64,000 nucleotides of DNA from Christensenella sp. (GTDB lineage: Bacteria > Bacillota > Clostridia > Christensenellales > UBA3700), in NCBI GenBank assembly GCA_022784465.1, contig JALFUR010000010.1, positions 256,856-320,855 of the forward strand. Reading direction: 5' to 3'. How positions within the stretch are numbered: the first letter of the stretch is position 1; every line of letters begins with the position of its first letter. The notes beneath the pieces are model-generated. The model had not been told where the DNA came from and searched no databases. It saw only the letters and a list, made by a program, of their open reading frames with translations. This document shows positions 46,260 through 54,213 of the stretch, piece after piece. The translations under genes were made by a program, and so were the position numbers.

Positions 46260-48524
46260 CTATGCTTCTTCAACTGTTTTTTCTGGTTGTACAACTAAAT
46301 ATGCTTCTCCGCCGGACAAACAAATTTCCTTTACTGCGTTTGGAGTAAATTCGTGTGCATATACTTTGTATATGCCTGTTAAAGAACTAGACTCTTTAAT
46401 TGATAAATAATTTGAATTAACTGGACCTAATTTCTTTGCTCTAACACTAGCTATATCAACGACATCTCCACTATTAAAGTTCTTTACAATGTCATCAATT
46501 GTCAATTCTGTCTTGATATGCTTTTCATGATATTCTTCATCTTCAACTACTTCTACAAGTTGTTGAGCAAATGCATCTGGATATGATTCTGACTCTTCAA
46601 GCGTCATTGTCTTCTTAACTAAATGTCCAAATCCTTTTGCTTCAATAGTTGTAAATCCATCTAATGTTAAATCTTTTGCAAAGTCTTTTGGCTCATATGG
46701 CTTTTTAGATATTACTAATGATTCCATTATTAAACCAATTAACTCTTTTACTTTTCTTGCAGATACTTTTGAACGAACATTAATCATTGTTGGCAAATCT
46801 ACTAATCCCTTTCTATGTCCAACGTCTTCCTGGTGGAAATATCTTGCATCAATAGATGTTGGATCAACAGCCAAATATACTTTTAAAGTTTTACCATTAA
46901 TAACAAGTCTTGCAATGTTAATTCTTCCTTGGTTAAAGTTTTCTCTATGGCGAGAAATTCTATCATGAACACCATAAGACAATAATTCGTTTTTAATATC
47001 AGAATAGAAAGTTTTTATGTTATCATCAGCAACACGCAACTTCATTTCAAAGCTCATCTTTGGCTTAATTCTTACGTTGTCATCAGCAGTCTTTAAGAAA
47101 TCGTTTTCTTGATCTTCTTCTGCATATGTTTCAGCTATTTGAGCATTAGCCTCTTCTACTTGTTGTTCTTCTTGCACTTGATCGAAATAATCATCTGCGC
47201 CCGTATTAACTTCTTCTACTGGAACTTCAACAACTTCCTCTACTGGTTCTGTCATTGCAATATTTATAGATTTTGATCCTTCTGGAACAACATCACTCAT
47301 TAATCCGCTCAATGCATTTGCAATCATTTGCAAACTCTTTTCAATATTTCCTAATCTTTCAAAACTTGCCTCATTAATTTTGTTTTGATTTGCTAATTTT
47401 TCAATAATATCTTTTAATTGTTCTGCCATTTCTGTATCCTCTTCTATAGAAACTGGTTCTGCTTCTGCAGGTTCTTCTTTGTTTTCTTGTTCTTCTTGCG
47501 CTTCGCTTTCTTCCTCTTCGCCTTCTTGCTCAACTTCTTCAATAATTGGTTGAGAAATAGGAGTTTCTTCTGTGTTTTCTATTATGCTTTCATTTGCTTT
47601 TTTCTCTTCTAAAGGAATAGGTATATAAGTGCTTCTAATTAAAATTAGTGAAGAGATTATGCTAAAAGCTAATGCTGCTATAGATATAATTAATCTAACT
47701 AAATCTTGTAAATTGTTGATAAAACGATAAATTGATATTCCTGTTGCAAAAATTGATGCAATCAATAACATAAAAATACCAACATCGACAATGTTTACTC
47801 GTTTGTTGATTATACGTAATATTATTCCGACAATGTATCCGCCTACTGCAATTCCGCTAATAATAAAAATTATTATTTTTCCTTGTTGAGTTGTTGCTAA
47901 AGCTGGAACTTGTGGATTTGCATCCGCAACAAATATTCCCGCAACACATAATAATGCCAACAAAGCATTTCCTAATACTTTAAAATTAGAAAATAATTCT
48001 TTGTAGTATTTCTTTAAATTGCTGTTTGCATCAAATTGTCTATAACTGCAATACTGATCATTTTCAAACCTATATGTTATTGAGTGAATTATTAAGAATA
48101 TAGCGCCAATAACTGCTACTCCTAAAAATAAAAAGTACTCATAACCAAGATTAGAAAAATCAATTCCGTCCTTTATGTATTTAAGGGCTATGCTTCCTAT
48201 TCCAACCAAAATAAACATTATTGCAATAGCATCAGGTAGACCAACTCTTTTTCTAAAAGAATTTACTGCCATCCATGCAAGTATAACGCCTCCAATTAAG
48301 CCAACTGCTGCAATAAAAATTGTTAATAGTATTTCAGAATATGAACTAGCTTGAATAGCCGCAAATAAATCAACATTCAAAAATACATAAACTAAGGCTA
48401 GAATAACACAAGCACCAGAAATAGTTGGACAAATACCGTATCGCAAACTTACAGCACTGATAAAACTAACTTTCTTTTGCTTTTCCTTCACTTTATACCT
48501 CTTATTTTGTGAAAAAAATTTCAC
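46260..48524 (-). CDS. Polytopic membrane protein (754 aa) with an acidic linker and a cytoplasmic C-terminal module ending in a uL15-like tail
   Basis: About 300 aa with ~8 hydrophobic helices. E/Q-rich linker. C-terminus ...LTIDDIVKNFNSGDVVDIASVRAKKLG...YKVYAHEFTPNAVKEICLSGGEAYLV resembles the C-terminal end of ribosomal protein uL15 (recalled pattern ..V.A..FS.sA.e.I..AGG...). Confidence 0.55.
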   Translation of the reverse strand: MKFFSQNKRYKVKEKQKKVSFISAVSLRYGICPTISGACVILALVYVFLNVDLFAAIQASSYSEILLTIFIAAVGLIGGVILAWMAVNSFRKRVGLPDAIAIMFILVGIGSIALKYIKDGIDFSNLGYEYFLFLGVAVIGAIFLIIHSITYRFENDQYCSYRQFDANSNLKKYYKELFSNFKVLGNALLALLCVAGIFVADANPQVPALATTQQGKIIIFIISGIAVGGYIVGIILRIINKRVNIVDVGIFMLLIASIFATGISIYRFINNLQDLVRLIISIAALAFSIISSLILIRSTYIPIPLEEKKANESIIENTEETPISQPIIEEVEQEGEEEESEAQEEQENKEEPAEAEPVSIEEDTEMAEQLKDIIEKLANQNKINEASFERLGNIEKSLQMIANALSGLMSDVVPEGSKSINIAMTEPVEEVVEVPVEEVNTGADDYFDQVQEEQQVEEANAQIAETYAEEDQENDFLKTADDNVRIKPKMSFEMKLRVADDNIKTFYSDIKNELLSYGVHDRISRHRENFNQGRINIARLVINGKTLKVYLAVDPTSIDARYFHQEDVGHRKGLVDLPTMINVRSKVSARKVKELIGLIMESLVISKKPYEPKDFAKDLTLDGFTTIEAKGFGHLVKKTMTLEESESYPDAFAQQLVEVVEDEEYHEKHIKTELTIDDIVKNFNSGDVVDIASVRAKKLGPVNSNYLSIKESSSLTGIYKVYAHEFTPNAVKEICLSGGEAYLVVQPEKTVEEA

Positions 48525-48684
48525 ATCAATATTTATATTATATTACATACGCACGCATTATTCAAACACGAAAATGACAAAATGTATTGACTTAATTGCC
48601 AAATTACATATTTTTTGACATATATTTTTTCTTGTTTTGCTTGAGCTGGTTTTGCAAATAAAATTTTTTTTATCTAAACAAAAA

Positions 48685-48730
48685 ATATCTCCAAGGTCTT
48701 TTCTTCTTAAAGTGTTATCTTTGGAGATAT
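48685..48730 (-). terminator. Terminator-like hairpin after the alcohol dehydrogenase gene
   Basis: 10-bp stem ATATCTCCAA/TTGGAGATAT. The A-tract on plus gives a U-tract on the minus transcript. The loop is long (26 nt). Confidence 0.45.
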
Positions 48731-48769
48731 TAATTTGTTTTTATTAATTGAATAGTTAATGATTATTAT

Positions 48770-49981
48770 TTATCCTTGGATTTCATGGAATAATCTTATG
48801 AAATCTTCTTGATCTAGCAACTTTGGACATGGGTACAATGGATTTGCTTCAGCCTCAGCTCTTTTTGCCATTGTTGGAATATCTTCATCTTTTATTGTCC
48901 ATTTTCCAGATATCTTTGTTGGAATATCCATACTAGCATTTAAATCCTTAATTGCTTGAATAAACGCTTTTGCTTTTTCCTCATCATTTGCTCCTTTAAT
49001 TCCAACAACATCAGCAAGTTGCGCTAATTTTTTATATGCAGTTGAACCATATTCGTCTAATAAATGTGGAAGCAAAACAGCATTTGCATAACCATGAGGA
49101 ACCCCATAGAATCCACCTAACGTATGAGCCATAGCGTGTACATTTCCAACATATGCTCTAGTAAATGCAACTCCTGCATAATAAGCAGCTTTTTGCATAT
49201 TGTCTCTTGCTGTTAAATTATGTGGATCATTATATGCTGTTTGAAGATTCTCAAATATTAACTTTGTTGCTTTTATGGCCATTTCCTTAGTCTCTTTTGT
49301 ATTTGAAGAACCTATATATGCTTCAACGGCATGAGTTAAGGCATCAACTCCTGTTGTAGATGTCATGATAGGAGGCAAATTCTCCGTTTGACGAGGATCT
49401 AGTATTGCATATCTAGGAATTAATACTGGATCGTTTATTGGATATTTTTCATGAGTTTCAGGATTAGAGATTACTGCTGCTAATGTAGTTTCTGAACCAG
49501 TTCCTGCAGTAGTTGGTATTGCAAATAAAGGTGGCAATTTATGCATAACCTTCAAAATACCTTTCATCTTTGAAATTGGTTTGTTTGGACGAGCAACTCT
49601 TGCTCCAATTCCCTTTGCACAGTCCATTGGAGAACCGCCACCAAAAGCTACGATTGCCTCACAATTGTTCTCTGTATACATTTTAAATCCATCTTCAACG
49701 CATGTTGTTGTTGGATTTGGAATTGCCTTATAGTACCAAATGCATTCAACATTTGCTTCTTTAAATGCTGCAACTAATTTGTCGCAAAATCCTTGATTTT
49801 TAAAATATTCATCCGATACTAAAAGAACTTTTTTAATTCCCTTTTCTTTAATAAATGTAGGTAGTCCTTCAACACCATTTTCAAATTGAAGAATTTCTGG
49901 TTTTCTCCATGGTAAGAAAAAACATGCAACATACATTATTTTTTGATAAGTTCTACACCAAATTTTCTTAAAAATATTCAT
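48770..49981 (-). CDS. Iron-containing (group III) alcohol dehydrogenase
   Basis: 403 aa. GGGSPMDCAK and the His-rich metal site (HAMAHTLGG...HG) are typical of the Fe-ADH family. Confidence 0.85.
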   Translation of the reverse strand: MNIFKKIWCRTYQKIMYVACFFLPWRKPEILQFENGVEGLPTFIKEKGIKKVLLVSDEYFKNQGFCDKLVAAFKEANVECIWYYKAIPNPTTTCVEDGFKMYTENNCEAIVAFGGGSPMDCAKGIGARVARPNKPISKMKGILKVMHKLPPLFAIPTTAGTGSETTLAAVISNPETHEKYPINDPVLIPRYAILDPRQTENLPPIMTSTTGVDALTHAVEAYIGSSNTKETKEMAIKATKLIFENLQTAYNDPHNLTARDNMQKAAYYAGVAFTRAYVGNVHAMAHTLGGFYGVPHGYANAVLLPHLLDEYGSTAYKKLAQLADVVGIKGANDEEKAKAFIQAIKDLNASMDIPTKISGKWTIKDEDIPTMAKRAEAEANPLYPCPKLLDQEDFIRLFHEIQG

Positions 49982-50070
49982 ATTTAACTCCGTAAATTTA
50001 ATCTATAAATTAATTATAATTTTTAAAATAGATATAGTCAATTGAAAGAAAAACAAAGACCCTTCTTTGC

Positions 50071-50925
50071 TCACTTTATGTATTCAGGATAATTTACAAA
50101 CTCCATTTGTTTTCCGCTAATTGGATGCGCAAATTTTAAATAATATGAATGTAACGCTTGTGTAGTTAATTTATACCCAGAATCTAATATCTCATATTCT
50201 TTTGCGTTTTTGTTATATAGCCCATCCATAAGAAGTGGATGATCAATGCTGGACATATGCACTCTTATTTGATGAGTCCTTCCTGTTTTTAATTCTAATT
50301 CTACTAGACAATAAGTAGAATAGTTTTGAATAACTTTATATTTTGTTATAGCTACTTGTCCATTATTAGATATCTCTCTTAGCATAATACTGTCATTAGA
50401 CCTTGCTATTTTTTTGTCTATTGTTCCTTCTCCTTGCAAATGTCCTTCACATAATGCTAAATATTTTTTTTGAATTTCATTTTTAGATAAAACAGAATGG
50501 GCAAGTTGATTTTTAGCTATTATCATTAATCCTGTTGTGTCTTTATCTAATCTATTTACTGGCCTATAAACAAAATCACCCCAAATAGCAGCTAGTGCAT
50601 TTTCCAAACTTTTACCATAATGATTTCTCGTATTAATAACAGCAATTCCAGCCGGCTTATTGATTATGGCAATATCTTCATCCTCATAAATAAATTCTAT
50701 TGGAAAAGAATAAGGCTTAATATGTCTTATCTCACTATCCTCTAAAACAATCTCAAACCATTCTCCTTCTTTTATAAAATCTGTTATTATTTTTGATTCT
50801 TCATTTATTCTAATCAAACCTAGTTTTTTTCTTAATCTTGCTCTCAATGTTGCAGAATAACCTAAGCGACGCAAATTGTCGTTAATGCTTCCTGTTAATA
50901 CTGCTTTTAGCTTTATAATTCTCAT
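50071..50925 (-). CDS. RluA-family pseudouridine synthase
   Basis: 284 aa. NRLDKDTTGLMIIAK catalytic Asp motif and GRTHQIRVHM. Confidence 0.85.
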   Translation of the reverse strand: MRIIKLKAVLTGSINDNLRRLGYSATLRARLRKKLGLIRINEESKIITDFIKEGEWFEIVLEDSEIRHIKPYSFPIEFIYEDEDIAIINKPAGIAVINTRNHYGKSLENALAAIWGDFVYRPVNRLDKDTTGLMIIAKNQLAHSVLSKNEIQKKYLALCEGHLQGEGTIDKKIARSNDSIMLREISNNGQVAITKYKVIQNYSTYCLVELELKTGRTHQIRVHMSSIDHPLLMDGLYNKNAKEYEILDSGYKLTTQALHSYYLKFAHPISGKQMEFVNYPEYIK

Positions 50926-50933
50926 GTCAATAA

Positions 50934-51617
50934 TTATACACTATCGTGAAGAAAAATTGAACAAATGGTATTTTCTATACAACTTGAAAGATCTTCTTTA
51001 TATTGTTTATTATTTAATAGTTTTTCATCTTCTTGATTAGATAAAAACCCGCATTCGATTATTATTGATGGAACAAGCGCACATTTTGTTATGTAATAAT
51101 CCCCAGGAAGACACTCTAAATTATCCTTTCCTGAATACTTTTTATTGAAATGAACATTTAACCCTTGTTGCATTAAATAGGCAAATTCTTTTCCAATGTT
51201 AGTATCATCATAAAAAACCTGAACTCCTCTTCTTTGCGCGTTTGAGTACTTATTAACATGAATGCTTATTACCGCACTAGCATTTGCCTCTTGAATAATT
51301 TTCGCTCTTTCTTTCATATCAGATAATTTTTTCTCTCCTAGCGCCTCATCTTTTTCTCTTGTCATTATTATTTCAAAGTTTTGCTTTTTTAACTTTTTTT
51401 CAATTAACTTTGCTATTTCTAAAGTAACATCCGCTTCTATTGTTCCATTTATTCCAACGCAACCGCCATCCCAACCGCCATGCCCAGCATCAATCACAAT
51501 TGTTCCTACGCAAAAGTTTTCTTGTTTTGTCATAAAAAAACATGTGCTTGCAAGTGACACAATAACAGCAACAATCACGCACGAAAAAGTTATGGATTTT
51601 TTTGTAAAAATGAACAT
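50934..51617 (-). CDS. cwlD: N-acetylmuramoyl-L-alanine amidase, CwlD-like (spore cortex muramic-lactam pathway)
   Basis: 227 aa. N-terminal TM, VIDAGHGGWDGG, ISIHVN and ECGFLSN motifs (Amidase_3). Size and anchor match CwlD. Confidence 0.75.
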   Translation of the reverse strand: MFIFTKKSITFSCVIVAVIVSLASTCFFMTKQENFCVGTIVIDAGHGGWDGGCVGINGTIEADVTLEIAKLIEKKLKKQNFEIIMTREKDEALGEKKLSDMKERAKIIQEANASAVISIHVNKYSNAQRRGVQVFYDDTNIGKEFAYLMQQGLNVHFNKKYSGKDNLECLPGDYYITKCALVPSIIIECGFLSNQEDEKLLNNKQYKEDLSSCIENTICSIFLHDSV

Positions 51618-51660
51618 ATAATCTTTTTTCCGTTAATTATCTATCTAAATGAAAATTTTT

Positions 51661-51838
51661 TGTCGAAAAGTGCCTTTTTGGTCTAGTTATCCACATATTT
51701 ATCCACAAAAACATTTGTTCGTGTGGAAAACTCAAAGGTGTTTTTTCTGAAATTTTTCTATTATGTGTTGATTAATTTTTTTCAATTTTTGTATTTTTTC
51801 TGAGCCTTTTTGTGGATAAAAAATTGCTTTATGGATAA
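51661..51838. promoter_or_regulatory. DnaA-box cluster (3 perfect, 2 one-mismatch) plus one perfect Spo0A box, upstream of cwlD
   Basis: TGTCGAA at 51661..51667. TTATCCACA at 51687..51695 and 51699..51707. TGTGGAAAA at 51723..51731. TGTGGATAA at 51811..51819. TATGGATAA at 51830..51838. Confidence 0.6.
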
Positions 51839-51996
51839 AACCGTTTTTCCTTTTTTATTTTATTCTTTATATCAATCTTTTATGACAATCAAATGTTTAG
51901 CTTGCTTGTCTATTTAACTAAAATAGTTGCGGGTTTTTTGTTCGTTATCTATTGTTACATAACAAGTAAGATTGACGCAATTGCATGTACAAACTA

Positions 51997-52025
51997 TAAA
52001 AAAAGAGTTCAATTTCTTGAACTCT
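51997..52025 (-). terminator. Terminator after rpsR
   Basis: On the minus strand, AGAGTTCAA-gaaa-TTGAACTCT followed by TTTTTTT. Confidence 0.8.
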
Positions 52026-52057
52026 CTTACTTGTTGAATTTGTTATAACTTTGTTAA

Positions 52058-52345
52058 CTAGTCTGCTACATATGGAAGCAAAGCCATTTCTCTTGCTCTC
52101 TTAATAGCTGTAGTTAAAGCTCTTTGGTGTTTTGCACATACGCCACTCATTCTTCTTGGAACGATTTTTCCGTTCTCAGTAGTAAACTTACGTAATTTTG
52201 CAATATCTTTATAATCTACATTGTCTATTTTTTCTACACAGAATAAACAAACTTTTCTACGTGGAGCCTTTTTTCCGTTAGAATTAAAACGTTTTCCTTG
52301 TGGCTTTTCTGTAGAATTAGTTGTTGTAACCTTTTCTTCACTCAT
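52058..52345 (-). CDS. rpsR: 30S ribosomal protein S18
   Basis: 95 aa. ...[16 protein letters not shown]...LRKF..E.GKI.PRR.SG.CAKHQR.L..AIKRAR..ALLPY. Confidence 0.95.
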   Translation of the reverse strand: MSEEKVTTTNSTEKPQGKRFNSNGKKAPRRKVCLFCVEKIDNVDYKDIAKLRKFTTENGKIVPRRMSGVCAKHQRALTTAIKRAREMALLPYVAD

Positions 52346-52359
52346 TTTTAAATCTCCTA

Positions 52360-52761
52360 TTAAAATGGTAATCCTTCTTCGCTTGCAGGCTCAGATTCTA
52401 ATACTGGAGCTGCGTTAGTTGGATTTTGTTGTGCACCTTGTTCGGTACGTGGTGATAAAAATTCTACATCATCGGCTTGTATATCAATAGCTTGACGTGG
52501 TGTTCCGTCTTGAGCTGTATATTTTCTAATTTGAATAGAACCAACGATTGAAACTTTTTTACCTTTTGATAAGTTATTAGCACAATTATCTGCTAAATTT
52601 CTCCAACAAACAACATTGAAAAAATCTGTTTCATATTCTCCATTTTGATTTTTTTGTCTTCTATTTACTGCAATTGAGAATCTGCAATATGAAATTCCAC
52701 TTGCTGTTGTTTGTTTGTCAATATCTGAACAAATATTACCAATTAAAAAAACCTTGTTCAT
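52360..52761 (-). CDS. ssb: Single-stranded DNA-binding protein
   Basis: 133 aa. [11 protein letters not shown]-fold N-terminus and an acidic C-terminal tip ending ...EEGLPF. Confidence 0.93.
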   Translation of the reverse strand: MNKVFLIGNICSDIDKQTTASGISYCRFSIAVNRRQKNQNGEYETDFFNVVCWRNLADNCANNLSKGKKVSIVGSIQIRKYTAQDGTPRQAIDIQADDVEFLSPRTEQGAQQNPTNAAPVLESEPASEEGLPF

Positions 52762-52770
52762 TTTTTCTCC

Positions 52771-53052
52771 TTATTTTCTAACAATCATGCATCTTACTGT
52801 ATCATCAGTGATACGAATAAGTCTTTCAATTTCTGCTGGAACTGATGGAACTGCTGTGAAATTGATAAGAACATAATATCCTTCTGTCTTAAAATCAATT
52901 GGGTAAGCGTATTTACGTGTTCCCCACTTGTCTACGGAATCAACTGTTCCTTCTTGAGAAGTGATAATAGTACTAATTCTATCAATTATTGCTTGCTTGT
53001 TTTCATCAGAAACATCATTCTTGATAATAAATAACAACTCGTACTTATTCAT
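52771..53052 (-). CDS. rpsF: 30S ribosomal protein S6
   Basis: 93 aa. MNKYELLFII... and WG.RKYAYPI motifs. Conserved rpsF-ssb-rpsR order. Confidence 0.95.
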   Translation of the reverse strand: MNKYELLFIIKNDVSDENKQAIIDRISTIITSQEGTVDSVDKWGTRKYAYPIDFKTEGYYVLINFTAVPSVPAEIERLIRITDDTVRCMIVRK

Positions 53053-53130
53053 TGTAATACCTCCTTTTGGTCTAATGTCCCCATTTCAAAAGAATGGAGC
53101 AAGGGGTTTGAAAAATTCAAACGTATAATC

Positions 53131-53160
53131 AATATATCATTATGTTTTTATTTTTGTAAA
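53131..53160 (-). promoter_or_regulatory. Sigma-A-like promoter for rpsF-ssb-rpsR
   Basis: Minus strand: TTTACA, 18-nt spacer, TGaTATATT (extended -10). About 70-nt structured leader downstream. Confidence 0.5.
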
Positions 53161-53181
53161 GTAAAATAAGTATATTTTATA

Positions 53182-53210
53182 AGTCAAATGCTAAACTAAA
53201 ATGCGTTAAT
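53182..53210 (-). repeat. Copy 2 of the 29-bp exact repeat, upstream of rpsF
   Basis: Identical to 41744..41772. Confidence 0.8.
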
Positions 53211-53245
53211 AGACAGATTTTAAAAGCATAAATATGTTTATCAAT

Positions 53246-53283
53246 AAAAAGGCACATCGTCTATTTTAGATAGACTCTGTGCC
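53246..53283 (-). terminator. Terminator after the XRE-family membrane regulator gene
   Basis: On the minus strand, GGCACA-GA-GTCTAT-ctaaa-ATAGAC-GA-TGTGCC followed by UUUUUAUU. Confidence 0.8.
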
Positions 53284-53307
53284 CAGGTGACGAAAAATGT
53301 TTATTAT

Positions 53308-54081
53308 TTATTGAATTTCATGAGAATATTTTGTTAATATTTCTTCTGTTAAAATATCCGCGCTGAAATCTTTTGATCTTTCTATAGCTTTTGAGTATTC
53401 TTTTGCCATATTTATTGCACTGACTATTAAAAAGATTGGTCCAACTAGAGCTCTAACGACAATTAAAAACAAATCAAACACTCTTGAGATAATTGACTTC
53501 TTTACATATAGATCCCCTATGAAGATTTTGCCTTCTACTTTTTTCCCTTTTGTAATTTGATTATTGAAATTCCAAGATATAATACTAGAACCTAAAAATG
53601 CTGCTAAAACAAAGTTAGCGGCGAACAATGACATGTCTTTTTCGCTTATAGCCACATATAGAGCAATAATTGACCAAACAAGAGCAAGACCACCCCATAT
53701 AACGCTGTTTTTAATAATAGATACTTTTAATTCATACTCTCTATCGATAGCATATAATCTCATTGGCTTAAGATATGGTTGCTTGAATTCGTTCGATAAA
53801 GCAACCATTGGTTCTTTATTAACTTTCTCTTCGCTATTTACAATATTTACATTAATGTTTTGTGGGCTTTTACTTGCGCAATCTCCAGAGATTAATTCAT
53901 CTAAAGAAACATTAAAAATCTCTGCTATTTTAATCATTGTATCTGCATCAGGTTCTGTCTCGCCTTTTTCCCATCTTGAAACTGCTTGCGGTGTAACAAT
54001 TAATTTCTCTGCAAGTTGTTGTTGTGTCATTTCGTTTGCTTTACGTAATTCTAAGATTTTGTCTTTTATTTGTTTTTTCAT
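53308..54081 (-). CDS. XRE-family HTH protein fused to a membrane domain (257 aa from the corrected start)
   Basis: MTQQQLAEKLIVTPQAVSRWEKGETEPD HTH, with C-terminal hydrophobic helices. GGAGG lies 9 nt before the ATG at 54081 (MKKQIK...), so the track start at 54108 is probably too long. Confidence 0.75.
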   Translation of the reverse strand: MKKQIKDKILELRKANEMTQQQLAEKLIVTPQAVSRWEKGETEPDADTMIKIAEIFNVSLDELISGDCASKSPQNINVNIVNSEEKVNKEPMVALSNEFKQPYLKPMRLYAIDREYELKVSIIKNSVIWGGLALVWSIIALYVAISEKDMSLFAANFVLAAFLGSSIISWNFNNQITKGKKVEGKIFIGDLYVKKSIISRVFDLFLIVVRALVGPIFLIVSAINMAKEYSKAIERSKDFSADILTEEILTKYSHEIQ

Positions 54082-54139
54082 TTTGTGGGCCTCCATTTCC
54101 CTACTCAAATGTTAACAAAAACCATTTTCTACTTAACTA

Positions 54140-54181
54140 AACAAACTGTTGATTTAAGTTCGTTTTGCTCAACAGTTTGTT
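54140..54181. other. Perfect 13-bp inverted repeat (16-nt spacer) between gltX and the XRE gene: terminator or operator
   Basis: AACAAACTGTTGA-(16 nt)-TCAACAGTTTGTT. Lies 33 nt after the gltX stop and 59-100 nt upstream of the XRE start. No clean U-tract on the minus strand. Confidence 0.45.
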
Positions 54182-54213
54182 GAATAAGTTATTTTTTGCA
54201 AAAAACTACCGAT

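Noticed and set aside
51661-51838. Calling the DnaA-box cluster the chromosomal origin (oriC)
   Set aside because: No dnaA/dnaN/rpmH is nearby in the window. Genes on both sides (cwlD-rluA to the left, rpsR-ssb-rpsF to the right) are on the same (minus) strand, so there is no leading-strand switch. It is more consistent with an origin-proximal DnaA-box cluster or regulated promoter. Full-contig GC skew is needed.
53564-54115. Plus-strand 183-aa ORF
   Set aside because: Entirely antisense to the XRE-HTH gene, whose HTH motif is unambiguous. No RBS.
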